64,000 bases of DNA, taken from NCBI GenBank assembly GCA_024704765.1, contig JAKMXF010000004.1, positions 1 through 64,000 on the forward strand. The letters run 5' to 3'. Both the position numbers and the translations under genes were made by a program. Shown here in pieces: positions 35,688-49,531 of this stretch. Each line of letters starts with the position of its first letter. The first letter of the stretch is position 1. Under the pieces are notes generated by a model, which had not been told where the DNA came from, ran no database searches, and was given only the letters and a program-made list of their open reading frames with translations. This stretch comes from Oopsacas minuta (lineage: Eukaryota; Animalia; Porifera).

Positions 35688-38600
35688 GTAAATTTGTCTC
35701 TTGTTCTTTCTATCACTGTTTATATACTGCTATAGCGGTTCTTCCGTACTGACAGTACTGCAACGTAAGCAAAAATGTTTTACTGGCGCTGAGATGGTCC
35801 AAAATATTTTAGAAAACGACATCTCAGGATTTTTCTCTTGCTTTATCCTGAGTGGTTTCTCTACAAAAATCCGAAACTAAGTTATTAGTCAGTAGGCCAA
35901 GGGCCATGTTCTCTAACAACCCCTAACTTTGTATTGCGAATTCAAAATAGACTCGGAGTATTTCACCAAAAATAGATGCTCTGATGATTTTTCTTGTTCT
36001 CTTATATTTTCAGAGATATTTACTATTTTTGAGCAACTTATCTTAAAATGATGTTACAATATATTTAAGTATTATCTCGTCATGTTTATTTCTTTAGTTA
36101 GAAAATTTCTTAATTGATATTCTAATTTATAATTCATTACTGCAATGGTTAGCAATTTACCAGCCCCATCCTTGAATCATAAGACTATTTATTTAATTTC
36201 GCTTACAGTGGAACCACACTTAATCCCCACCTCGGAATCTTGGTATCCTCAATATTCATTCTGTTTTAAATTCTCCCGTTTCATTCCTATATACATTAAC
36301 GTTCAATTCCACCATTATCTTTTTAGCTTTATATATGTTTATTCATAAAATGTTAAAAAATTTATACTTATGTATTTTTGACGCTACTTAGTTGTAGATA
36401 CTATAGATAGTATAATAGTCGATAGAGTGATAGACTAATAGTTAATGAAGTCCAGCCACTACGAACTACATACCCAACTTTATCTATTATTGTAATACAT
36501 TATCACACGATATCTTATAGCGCTATTGCTTCACCTTGATGACGACCAAATATTGTCATGTTCACTATTGGGTCATACCAGTTAGAGAAATATTATCAAT
36601 ATATAATACATGTACAAATGTATGGGCCTTTGGATGTGTAGTACATATTGGTTGACTTGGTTAACCATAACTCAAGCGAATTTTGGATTATATGTGGATA
36701 TTCCTGAAAAGTGGTATCTATAGTATGTGATGATAGATACAAAGTTGATATTTGAATCACTGGACTACTACTTATTCTTCTAAGCCACAATTTTCTTGAT
36801 GTGACGAAAAGATTTAATTCATGAAAATCCCTAATTTAGGATATTAGAGAGTCACTGGCATATAAATGTAACAAAAATCACTTTGGGGAATTTTGAGAGT
36901 GTCTAAACTAATTTTTTTATTATATTATTAATTTCTACTATTTAAAACCATTGGCAGTTCACAACACTGAATGGCACAACAAGTTCCAGTATCAAATATC
37001 ATGTAGACTAGGAAAATGCGTCTTTTAATTGTAATCAAGTTTATTGGTAGTAAATTCGAAACTAAACTGAAATTATTAGGTTTTAAATGTTAATTTAATA
37101 CTTCAATATACATTTTACAGGGAACTTTAATAGAAATTCCTCCTCATCTACCATTCCAGTAATAGAAATATGGTGACTCTCGTAACCCTAACAACGAATG
37201 CACTTGTTCATTCGGATTAATATTTTATGAGATGTTACAATTTTTTCTAATTGTTATTCTGCACATTTAGATTTCCATTATGGAACTTTTCTCCTTTAAT
37301 AGCTACTGAGCACGTTGATAATTACAATCATACACACTATATTGTACAATGATGCCAATTGGAAAAAGTTCAACATAGTTACACGAAGATAATTTTCAAA
37401 TTAATAAATATCGGATAGATTTATATGCTGCTTCAATAGTTTATTCAGATGCGTACAATACGAATCTGAAGTCAGAGTTACTTCTTACACAATGTAACTA
37501 CATATTGTTAACTATTTGATCTATTATAATGCTATTTTCTATAGAATTTTTGTGTCTACGCATACTTTTGGTGCGAGACTATAGTTTGTATCTACGTAGC
37601 CAATGAGTCTATTGGGTACTATTCTTGTACTTATTAATTGTATCTATATCTTTCTACGAGTTGTCAATGTTAGAGTGTAACTTTTAGAATTGTATATGGG
37701 TGATGTAGGATGGTATTGGTGAAGTCGCATGAATTTAGTCGCGGCCAGAGGCCACCGCCTAGGGCCCTAAGTGTGCCTAATCTGCCCTTGGCCTCTGGTT
37801 TCAATTACAACATTCGCGGAGACATGCGATAAGCATAATGGTAGCTAATTGGTTAATATTTATTTCATTGGACCCGCTTAATATGTTGCAGTTGATACAA
37901 ATTTCCGGAAGAGGTGCTGTTATTTACCAAAAGGTTTGGTCCACATAACGGTTTTACAATTCGAATTTACCCCGAAATTAAGGCGAATAAATTTTCACAT
38001 TTCACATTGATGTTCGTATCAACGAAGTTCCACTGTTTTCTCTTTTCGATTGGATTAGGATCCCTGGTTCTTTCGCTCTGTTACCCATTTTCAACGAGTT
38101 GTATAACGAAACATAACTGTCACTACTTCATTATACCGCTAACTCCGTATTGATGTCAGTAGAATGGATATTGTTAAAAATAGTTTGCATGGGGCGATGT
38201 CTATCACCTTTTGAAATGATTTTGAATATATTATCTTCTAAACTGTGTTTCTATGGTTGTCAAGTGTATCATTGGCCGACATGGAATCAGCCCTAAACTA
38301 CTCAAACCAAGTATTCAGACATTTGGCCAAGATTTAACTAAGTTCGCTAAATTTGGATGAAACCGGGCACAAAGCACTTAAACAAGCACCATTAATAATT
38401 CCGTTGCGATACTCTTTGATCTTCATGGAGTCAGATCAAATTTTTTATTATGAATTAATGTATTATGGAGATTGTAAAAATCTTTTAGCGATGTATGTTT
38501 TCGAACAAAAGGGGTAACTGATGCACCCTAATACGATCAATTTATATTCATCTTGTCACATTTTACTTATCAATTAGTAGTATCACAATTGAAATATCCA

Positions 38601-39283
38601 CAACTTGTAGAAACTTTGTATATTTACAGTTCTTTACGTTGATATTTTATTATTCTCTTCTGCTTTCTGGCGATAGTACACGTTTGTTACGGCATATTTT
38701 TATTTACGCTTTATCCCAATTATTTCCAACAACAGTTATCCACCATATTCTAGACGAATTTACTCTCAGCCTGAAGGAACAACCGTGTTCAATCCATACG
38801 ATCGGGATGAGATAATCTTACGGCATACCTGGCCACGAGTTTTAACATAGTTACTTTAGTCCAAACGTATGTATTAGAGACGTCTGAACGACAGAGTTGC
38901 ATGAATATACTTCTTCCCATCAAGTCCAGAGTCAGAATTACAATGCATCTATGAACAAGATCCAAGGATTCCATAAATGACCAGTAAGTTACTCTTTCTT
39001 TCAATTCATAATGCATGTTCAACCTGGCATGATACTCCGCCAAATTTGCGTATTTACTGAAAAGTCGTCTCCCGAGTACATTCAAGGTTGATAATCTACA
39101 CTAAATTATACCTTCCTCTGGATAATTATTAATTTACTCTTACAATTTGGGTTGTATACTTCTAGTATAACTATGTGTAGTACCTATGCGTTTCCTGGGA
39201 TGATATCTCCCCCTGAGGGATGGTAGACTTCAACAATCGCTCTGGTAACTCTAACTATTCGAGTAAATAGTGCATTGCCTATA

Positions 39284-42093
39284 CAGGGCCAGATTAAGCA
39301 TATTGTGGACCATGTGGGTTACCTTCCGTTCGGGCATTTCCTTGACAACGGACGAACAAACAAAGAGATAAAAATGCAGATTTAATAATATAGATTCATA
39401 GATTTTTTACGAATTTTTTGATCCACAAATTTAGAGATAATTTCTTTGCCATCGGTTTCTTCCAATAGCTCCTGCTCAATCGTAATCATAGCTAGATCAG
39501 TGAATCGGTCCTCTCACATTGATGGGCGTAGTACATTTTTATACGTTTCATGTAGTTAAAACATCGTTCATCAGTCGCTACCGCGCACATGTTAGTCAAA
39601 CAAATTCGCAATGCTATGGTGACATTGGGAAATACGCTGTTGATGCTATGGTTGCACAAATCGAGATATACACCGCCGAAGCTTATACGATTATCATCAC
39701 CGAGATTCCTAGGAGTACACTTTATTCTCAGCTCTTCCCTAGGCACAACTGGCATGAGAATACGATAATGTATGACCTCCTCAATAATTTCATGGACGTC
39801 TTAGAGGTCTTCAGGATATTTGGATATCAAATGTGGAACCTTCTCAAAAACTTCTTCTTTGGGGCGGTCGCGTATAGATTAATCGGAAAGCCAAACAATG
39901 AGTAGATTCTGAATGAATCAATTTTGCTGGTTGAATGTTGCCTTTGATGTCTACAGCTCCCTCGGGATGGATCTTTTCTTTCCTTTTGTGAAATATTATT
40001 TGCATCTAACAGAATCGCAGTGAAGCGTTCCCTCAATGACTTGAAGTATCCAACCAATGAATTTAGGAGATATGATGTTTCACTAAGGTCTAATGAAGCA
40101 TCTTGAAGGCATTTGTTGACCTTGTTGATTCGATGCATTATTTGATTCCACAATTCTGTAAGAAGTAGAGTATCCCAGATGGACAGTATAGCAGACAGAT
40201 TTTCAGCTTCATGTCCTGTAGATGGCTTTGGTTGCAAGTCGTTTGCAATTTCCTGGAATGCCTCGTACAGCTGATCATAATCTTCTTTCAAAACACTAAT
40301 TGCCTGAGCGTGCACTGACCATCGCGTATCAGCGAGATTCTTTGGTTCTAGTTTATATCCAAGGTGATCGGTCAATACTTTCCATCGGAGGGGCATGTTC
40401 AAGAACTTTCTTTTGCATTCCGTTATACTTGTCAGACATATTTGCAGCGTTGTCGTAACACTGTCCCCTCATGCCTCCAAGATCAATTCCTAGTCTATTA
40501 AGTAATTCGAGTGTTACATTTGCAAGTGACTGCCCAGTGTGTGAGAAAATGGGGATGAAGGTAAGAAAGCGTTCGACAGGTTCATGTCGATGGGGGTGAA
40601 TATATCGGATCACAACCACAAGCTGGTCTACATGACTGATATCTGGGCTTGAGTCAACACTGATGGAGTAATATTTTGGCTTTTTTACTTCAGCTACGAT
40701 CGTATCAGTTATTTTCTCTGCGATCACAGCGATGAACTCATCAGCAATAGTGGAAGACAAATATGATGCACTCCCGCGCCCTTTGTCCGCGTATTTGGCG
40801 ATGTGACTTGCAATGAATGTATCGAACTTCATAAGAAGCTTTAGAGTGTTAATATAGTTGCCTGAGTTAGCACTATTGAATCTCTCATCGGTTTTGCGGA
40901 AGCCAATCCGTTGGATCTAAGGAATTTTACTACAGCAATTACTCTCTTTAGAACCTGTGACCAATAAACACGTTCAGACTCTATAGAGATGTTCAATTCA
41001 CTGTTAACGTGACCATGTTGACCTTTTCGTTTAATCAGATCGAGAGTACATTGGCGATGATAGAGAGAGTTTTCATCACATTTTACTCGGTCGAAGTGTC
41101 TCCAGTCATTGAAGCCTTGTACGAAGGAATTGTTGGATTCTTTCGATGTAGTCGACATAATAGTGCATTGGAAGTAGTATACATTACCCTACAACGATGA
41201 GTAGCAGAGCCATTCACGCTTGTCCAATTCGCCATTTACATGTTCAACAATGAGAATTTTGTTCTGAAAATATCTGGACTCACCATCTTTGTATACCCTC
41301 TTCGATGCCCGATAACTCGTTGAGCGGTTGTCCGCAGCAGCAGGGCCTAGTCGAATTAGCTGGCCTGTCATTTCTGAACCAGAATTTTGCGATTCAGGCC
41401 AAGTTGACGGATCGTTCAAATGTATAGACAATTGAGATATTACGAGAGGAGGTGAACTGTCTTCTCCAGCAGAAAAATTAAGCTCCTCATCTACCTCTGC
41501 AATTGTCCAAGGTCATTATTAGATTGTGTTAGCTGTATAGTCGTATCCTGGGGCTGTGGTGCGGTTGTGTTGGTGCGGAAGAAGTTGTCAAGCTTTGGCA
41601 GCTTTGATATATAACGCTCTGTGGAAGCAGCAGCATCTCGTTTCTACGCCCCACTTTTGTGTTTGTAGGAAGACATCGAATCAAAATACAGCAAAGACAA
41701 CTTATCAAGGAAGTATCAAAATATACAAATAATTTTTAATGGTCTCTTATATAGTAGGAAATGATGATTTGTTATGGATAAACAACTATAATATGTTTTC
41801 ACAATTTCACCTTAGTTAATTCATAGAGTTCATTGTTGACAAATTGATCTCCAGCCTTAAAAACGGAATTATTCTTATGAATTGAAGAATACAAAGAAAC
41901 ACAATTCCATTATGAGCAATTAGCTAATAATTAAAATGGACAATGAGAGTAAACTAAAAATCTAAAAGATTACCTAAACCCGGCCCGGATCTGCGATTAG
42001 GTAAATATTCACTGGTTTGGGGGCCTGCGGGCCCCCAAACCAGTCCGGACCCTGTGCGATCACACATTTCGCATGTGTGGTAATCCAGTCCTG
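39284..42093 (-). mobile_element. ZMYM1-like hAT transposon, decayed
   Basis: TIRs CAGGGCCAGATTA and CAGGACTGGATTA, with a perfect 8-bp TSD TGCCTATA on both sides. Confidence 0.92.
39492..41676 (-). pseudogene. ZMYM1-like hAT transposase with stops, frameshifts and an internal deletion of the CxxH region
   Basis: HKSGA*KR..LPKLDNFF, DPSTWP, REWLCYS, GFNDWRH, YLSSTIADE, YSISVDSSPDISHVDQL, RGQCYDNAANM, HAP|LRWK (deletion junction), LADTRWS, VFPNVTIALRI. Confidence 0.9.
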
Positions 42094-44140
42094 TGCCTAT
42101 ACTTAAGTTATGATACCAAAAGCGAAAGGTTCCCCTATAATTCTTCCCTCTCTCAATTTCTTATCTCCTTTGCTCGCCTAGGAGAGCTAGGTAATTATTC
42201 CACGTGCTGATCAGAAATTATATATGATTTTTGGAAACTAATTTTTCCTGCTCTAAAAAATGTTGGGCCATGAAATTCTAGCAACGAATGAAGATTCATT
42301 AGGATTTCGATAATGACGTTCGTATTATGAAGATGATTCCTTATTTTGATAAGAGTCATTTAGCCACTCTTAGCTGATGGGGAGCTAGCCCCATGCTAGC
42401 GCCGCAACTGGACGTACTTCAGTTTTTATGTAGTAATTTTCGTTTGAACTTCTTATCCGAGCTCTCTACTGTGCGTTATATTAATTTATTGTGTCCTCGT
42501 GGAGGTACTGAAATATGAATTTGTTTTCTACCACGATAATATCTTAAATTTTATATTTCTGAGTTTTTAATGATTCTCTCACTTGGAGGTATTTTCGTAA
42601 TTGTAGAATATATTCCAGATAGCTTTTCCAGGTTGATGATACTGTACGCTTCTGTTACTGTTGACATGCACTTTTTCCCCTCTTTCTGCTTTTACATCTT
42701 ATCAGAGTATTTCTATATTTTATTCAACCAGAGATGTCTCTAATCCCTTTATATATCTTGCGAATAATAATTTCTTATTTAATCGTCTATCTTACATTCC
42801 TTACCTATATTATCGAAGTAGTAAAAGCCTTAATTTATCTTCTCTATCCATCAATAGATTTTTCCGGAATTCTCGCCCAATGATGATTTCCTCAACAAGA
42901 ATCTTCTCTCTAAATCCAGATCAGAATTGACTGAACTGTGTCTTCTTCTATTTCTGAACAGGAACGTTTCGATCTTTGCTTATTATTGGTAACAATTGAT
43001 TAAATGCTATACCATCGGATCTAGCAGAGTTTCTTTCGCAGAGTGTTCATATAGAGGGAATGGGTTCGTAATTGGAACTGGCTAGAGAACTCCCAAAAGA
43101 ATTTCCTTATTTTTCTACCGCTATAACCTTCGAACTCCAGTGGCTACTAGATGAAGAATGGATTCTATATCTGGATATTTAAACCGAGGGAGAAGAATTC
43201 GATTCATCATGCTGCAATTTTATTAATCCAATTGTACTAAGAGGATACGAAGGGGGGTATCAAATTTTACTAAGACGCCGCGATCGCAAGCAAGCGAGGC
43301 GGCTCTTCATGCTATCACATATCAGTTATTGCTATAATATAGAACTAAATCAAATTGCACCGGTAACCAATCTATTTTTGCATATTCAATGGAAGAATAT
43401 CATTGGGCGAAGTGAATTACTAGCAGACTACCAATGAAACTTCAAATACTTAATATGGGTTGAATTGTATAGGAGATGTGAAAAATGATCACGTAACTTT
43501 TGTGGAAATTATTCTATTTCTTAACCGATTAATTAGAGCTGTTGCATTGGAAAGTGAATTGAACTAAGCGGATCATGATGCCATAACATTAGTGTATAAT
43601 ACAGCTGATAGTCTTATTGGTCAATTATCAAATGCCTAATAAAGGACTTACGTATTCATTAATTAATAAATATTGATAATACGTTATCTAGAAGCAATAC
43701 AATAATAATTAAGTGTGAAGAAGTCAATTTTGAGAATTTCATGGCCTGAGATTAACAAATTCAAAGATTTATCAAATTCTATATCATATCTTGCACCTTT
43801 TCATATTATTGAAAAGATGCTGGAGATTTTAACAGCTAGTCAGGGGCACCGAGAATGTAGATACTAATCAATATATTTAAGTGCTTTAACAAATGATTAA
43901 TCATATTTTAATACGTATGGATATCCTTTGAGTAGATTTGAATAATTTGATTTCAATGATCTGGTCTTACGACTATTGATTTTGTTAATTAGTATGAAAC
44001 ATGCACCATGCACCCAGTGACCTGAGCTACTCAACCAGTCTGCCGGTGGATATTTTTCTAACCACTTTATTAGCAAAATGAAATAACGGAGAGTACATAA
44101 ACCTACGGAACATGTATGTACAGTTAACATCTGGTAACTC

Positions 44141-46310
44141 CAGGGCTTCATCTAGCACCCTCAAATTTGCGCGTCCAAGGTGTGCAGATTATTCTGTCAC
44201 GCACCCTAAACTTTACTAAGAAAGTTATTTGCAAATAAATTGTTCGCTTCCTGCTTGCTGCATATTGTTAGGATATATTTTTCAACTTATATTTTACATT
44301 TTAAAAAATACTCAGACTTAGTTATTTTCATTCAATGAAACGGTATTCTGAATCTATTGGAAACCCCCATAAAAAAACGCTGCAGATTCTATAGAATCTG
44401 CCGGCGAGTCTGAAACTGAAAATGATGTCTACGGCGAGTTCCATCTCCTCACTGCTAAGGCTGCTTCCTTTCGATTGAACCATCCTTGGGTCGTGGAAGT
44501 CAAAGAAGGGTATTTTTGTGGTCTTTGTCACGATGCGAGTCAGACCAAAAAACTGGATCTGGAGACCTGAATCAAGTATTTTGGAGTTGTTTGAAAGACA
44601 GATTTGTGAAGACACTAATGACGATCTTTCAGCTTCACTGGACTTCTATCGTTCTGGACTCTCTTAGCCGATGAAACTTCGGTACAGAATCATGGAATTT
44701 TGAGTATTTATGTGAAGTATTTCTCTACCAAAACAGGCAACGTGGAGGAGTGCATGGTAGATTGTAAACCCATTGAAGGCCGGACTACAGCTGAGAATCT
44801 CTTTAAACTAGTCAATGAGAGTGTCGAAAGATTTGGCCTAGATAGAAAACTAAACAGGAGCGTTTCCTATGACGGAGCCAAAAATATGTCTAGCGAACAG
44901 GAAGGAGTCCTAGGATACCTAAAGCGTTTTTGGAATCAATATATTATTTTCGAACATTGTCGCGCACATCGTCTTGCATTAGTTTGCAAAACAGTAGCTA
45001 ATGAAGTTCAATTAGTGAAGGAAGTAATCGAACTTCTAACGCCATTTATAAAGTATTTAGAAAATCTAATCGGAAAGTGGACCTTCTAAAAGTAAAATGT
45101 TTAGAGGATGAGACAAATTTAAAATTACTTATCAAGGCTGCAGCAACACGCTGGCTTACTACTGGGCGAAGTGTCGAGAGGGTGATCGATTTGATTATAC
45201 AAGTAATCGAGTCCCTTCAGGATATTTCTGAAGATAATTCTTTTGATCGGGAGATCAGTTGAAATGCAAAGGTTTGTTTTTCGAGTTTGTTATCCTCGCA
45301 AAATGTGAAAGTTCTCCTTATGCTTCAAATGGTACTCGGACATGCGAATCGCCTTAGTTCCATCTTTCAGGATCCAAAGGTTGAATATTCCTATGTCCTA
45401 TCTGAAACAAATTCATTTGTGATGTTTCTGAAGGCTCTAGATGTGTCTAAATTCATTAATAAACAGTTCGATTTACTTGAAAAACGAATATCGAATGCAG
45501 GCTTTGAGATGTCGGAAATGGACCCTCTTCGTTCGAACCGCTTAGAAGCGCCTCCCATTTACAGTGTCCTTGGTGACTACATTTCCGGTCTGGTACACGA
45601 AATGATGACAAGATTCTCAGAGGATAGCCGTGATTTGTCACAACTTGCGAGGTTTGATGCAGTTGAATGGATGAAAACTGGCAGTGCGATTTCGTGGGTG
45701 AGTCGGAGGTTTGGTTTTGACAAATCGGCTCTGGGCGCCGAAATATATACACTCTCCAAATACATCGAGACCGAAGAGCTCCTAAAATGATGTGACACTC
45801 AAGAGGATATAAATAAGAAGTTTCTATCCATCGCAACCTTAAAGATTATATATCCCGAGCACGCAATGATGGCAACCATTTTTCTGTGTCGACCATTGGG
45901 GACAGCTAGAGTAGAAAGATGCTTCTCCTCTACAGCTAAAATCATCTCCGATTATCGTTGGTCTTTGACTCCAGGTCATATCGCGATGCTAACAAGGATA
46001 TCCATCCAAGGGTAAAACTGCCAGGAGTCCAAGATAATAGAAAAAGCTATTCAGAGTTTCTTCACCGAGTATTTTTACTCTGGGCAAAGTCTCCACATAC
46101 AATAGACTAATAACGTTTTTCATAGTTCTTTAATGTATCATCGTATGTATTTTTGATATGATTTGTGTCTGTAATCTTTTTCAAAACCATGCTGCACCAA
46201 TGGGTGCGCATTCCGCACCCAGTTGAAAACTTGGATATACACACCCTAGCAAACATTTTCTACAAAGTGTACACTCCTGGGTGCGTATTGCGCACCCAGA
46301 TGAAGGCCTG
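44141..46310 (+). mobile_element. ZNF862/C17orf113-like hAT transposon, decayed and internally deleted
   Basis: TIR CAGG(G/C)CTTCATCT and TSD GGTAACTC/GGAAACTC (7/8). Fragments HPWV..YFCGLC, ADETS, SYDGAKNM, EHCRAHRLAL, AATRWLT, VERCFS. GCACCC subterminal motifs. Confidence 0.9.
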
Positions 46311-48219
46311 GGAAACTCAAATCTCAAATGCCAATTATCTCGAACGAATTTTTCCTTTCGTGTTACTATCCTGTTTATACCTAAAAAATCTTGGGGAATA
46401 CCCTGATAGCATATTAAGAATAATAACTTCCAGGTATACCTATTCTACGCGCTGAACTACGCGCGTTGAATACTCCGAATAAGACCATGTGCATGATTTG
46501 CGCTCCTATTCCCTTTCTTAATTTGGTTATGAACAAATTTTTAGGTGTATACACCAATAGGATTCCATTAACCGAGAATCCAGTGCACATTTAGAAGAGA
46601 ATTATGAAAAATTAATAATTTTTGGTTGAATGTCTGAATTTATCATAAAATGGAGCCAAAAGGAGTGCCATTCCAGGCGCAGTGCTCCTCGCAAATACGA
46701 ACGCATTTACGGTTCCGCTCTGTATTTTCGGAGGGACAAGCTTCAGCCTCAGGTCCGCAAAATGGAGCGCGCTCAATTAATGTTATTAGCTTTCCAAATT
46801 CCGAAACGTATAGTTTTTTACACAATATTCCCACGAAAAATCAATAGTGACCCTAACTAAACAATTTGTATACATTGTAGTCAGGGCTACTGAGGAATTT
46901 CATAGAAATTTCAAGAGAAATTGAAAATTATATTTTGCGCAAAACTTATGACTTAAAAATTACGATCCGGCTCGCTTGAACTGCTTTTGAGTGTATCAAC
47001 AATATTACTTACAATATCACAAATTGGACTAGGACCTGCCTCGCTTGATTTTCTACTCCATTGAATAAGTTAAGGTCCACGTTTCAATATAAGGGCATAA
47101 TTACAAAAATATTCAAAAAATGAATATTAGAGATCAAAAATATTTTATAGGACTATTACAATAAATAGTACATGCCAAATTTTATTGATTAACAATAACC
47201 TATCAAGATTACTTATTTTACCAATGGAACATCAGCCTACAGATACTGGGCAAACCCTCAGATCTGATAGGTTAATTCAGTGGTTCTCAAACTTTTTCTC
47301 ATTGAGTACCCCTCAAGCTGGATCTTGTGTGTGATGTACCCCTTAAAATGGCCTGCATTGTAAATATTAGGTTTACAATCCCTTTTACCCAGTTGTGAAA
47401 AATAAAAATGTTTTTTATTCTAGCAATATAAATAAAGTAGATAATTAGTTAGTGAGAGGGGTGTGCTTGCATGTTGTATATCAGGCTATCAATTCGTAGC
47501 ACAGTTTTTGATAGGGCCAGACGGAGATCAGCTTCCACAGACAACCGCGCTCGAAATTTGTTTTTAATTAGTAATAGCGCTGAAATCCTTGTTCACAAAG
47601 GTAAGTACTGGGAAACATCAACAAGGTTTTTACTGCTCTATCTGCCACGTTGGGATATATCAAGCTCATTTCGCACCAGAACTTTGTGAGTGCGAGTGTT
47701 TCAAATTGATTTCGGGCAATAGAATCATTGCTAATTCAACAAATTCCTCTTGGACTCTGGCTGGTATAGAACTTACATCACATCTAAATGGATTTCGAAT
47801 CATTTTCATGTCCAGGTCGCTCAAGTCTGGGAAGTAAGTTTGAAATTCATTTCGCATTGCTGAGAGGTGAGCCTTTACTAAAGCACCTATACTTTGATCT
47901 GTAGTACCCTCTTCTCCAAGAGTTGCTGAGAGGCTTTCAAAAAAATCGGACTTTCCCATAGTTAACTTTGCTTCCCAGAGTTCTAACTTCATAATAAATG
48001 CCCGAATCTTGTCCACACAATCAATCACCTACCTCTTGGTGCTTGAAGAAATCTATATCCTTATCTGCAAGATTTGGGTGGCACCCGCTTAAATGGCGTT
48101 TTAGAAAACTTGGTTTCATCGAGCCCTCAGATAGCACCTTATAACATATTACACATTGTGGTCGTTCCCGTCCCTCTTTAAGTATGGATCTAAATCCATA
48201 TTTGATATAGTCTTCATTA

Positions 48220-49531
48220 CAGGGTGGCTTTTAAGTTCTGTCCTATGATTTATAAGAACCATTTTTCCATGCTGAGTCTTTGCTATTAGATATATCTTAT
48301 TAGTTTACCTTATTATACTGTATTTAACATAAATATACAGTTTCAGAGTACAATTGTAGAGCAATTTCAATTTTACTAGTGATGGAACGTGAGAGGTCGG
48401 CAATTGTAGAATTATTTACAAAAGGACATCCTTCAAGGGAAATTTTGAAGATCCTGAAACTCCCTCTAAACAGAAGGAAATTTGTATACCGCACTATTAG
48501 GCGATACAAGGATACTGGAAAAGTTGAAGATAGGGCGAGATCAGGCCGTCCGTGCTCAGTAACCACCCCCAGCTTAGGGAAAGTCATCGCCCAGCGAATT
48601 CGCCGAAATCCTAGACGTTCCATAAGGAAAATGGCTCTAGATCTGAAAGTATCAAGATGTGCAATGACTAAAATTGTGAAAAGGGATTTAGGGATGAGTT
48701 CATTCAAGCGTAAGAAGGTACACTTCCTTTCTCAATTGGTAAAGGAAAAAAGGGTTGTAAGATGCAAAGGTGCGTTGGGCCGGTACGCTGTTGAAAATCT
48801 AGAAAAAATATTATTTTCAGATGAGAAAATATTCACTATCCAGGAGGCAACCAATGTACAAAATGATCGTATACTTGCATCATCTCCTTCCAAAGTCAAC
48901 GAGAAGTTCAGATATGTTAGCCGAATACAGAACCCTAAGTCGGTGATAGTTTAGGTAGGGGTGTCAAAAATGGGCCGGACACCATTGGTTTTTGTACCAC
49001 AAGGGGTAAAAATCAATTCAATTAATTATCGAGAAATGGTTTTGGAGCCAGTATTGAAGAATATAGGCCGAGACATGTTCGGAGGTACTTCATTTGTTTT
49101 CCAGCAAGACGGGGCGCCAGCACACACTTCTAATGTTACCCAGTCATGGTTACATGACAATTTTCCTGGTTTTATAACCAAGGAAGAATGGCCTCCTTAC
49201 AGTCCTGACCTGAATCCCATGGATTATTCTGTGTGGTCAATTCTCGAGACGAAAGCTTGTGTTAACTCTCACACAAGTATCAAGTCACTGAAGAGGAAAC
49301 TTTGCCAAGAGTGGACTAAAATTCCCCAAAAACCCTCCGTGCTGCTATTGAGGCCTTGCCAGATCGAATTACACGTGTAATACAAAATGAGGGAGGCTAT
49401 ATTGAATAAAATTCGCGAAATATGTTTTGTCTCTGAATCATAAATTAGAGCAATAAATATCATTACCAAGCTATATATATATATTGATAAATAATAGTTT
49501 TTGCATGGCACAGAACTTAAAAGCCACCCTG
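48220..49531 (+). mobile_element. maT (DD37D) element, full length, nested in the Buster hAT
   Basis: TIR CAGGGTGGCTTTTAAGTTCTGT with TA TSD. Inserted at about codon 9 of the Buster ORF. Confidence 0.93.
48379..49409 (+). pseudogene. DD37D transposase with one nonsense codon (TAG at 48952 where W is expected) and a late frameshift
   Basis: ILFSDEKIF and FQQDGAPAH...SPDLNPMDYSVW (37 residues between the Ds). The true C-terminus (QNEGGYIE*) lies in a shifted frame. Confidence 0.92.

Noticed and set aside
38762-38779. TLSLKE as exon 2 of GTF2F1
   Set aside because: No AG acceptor at the required position and the frame stops within about 13 codons.
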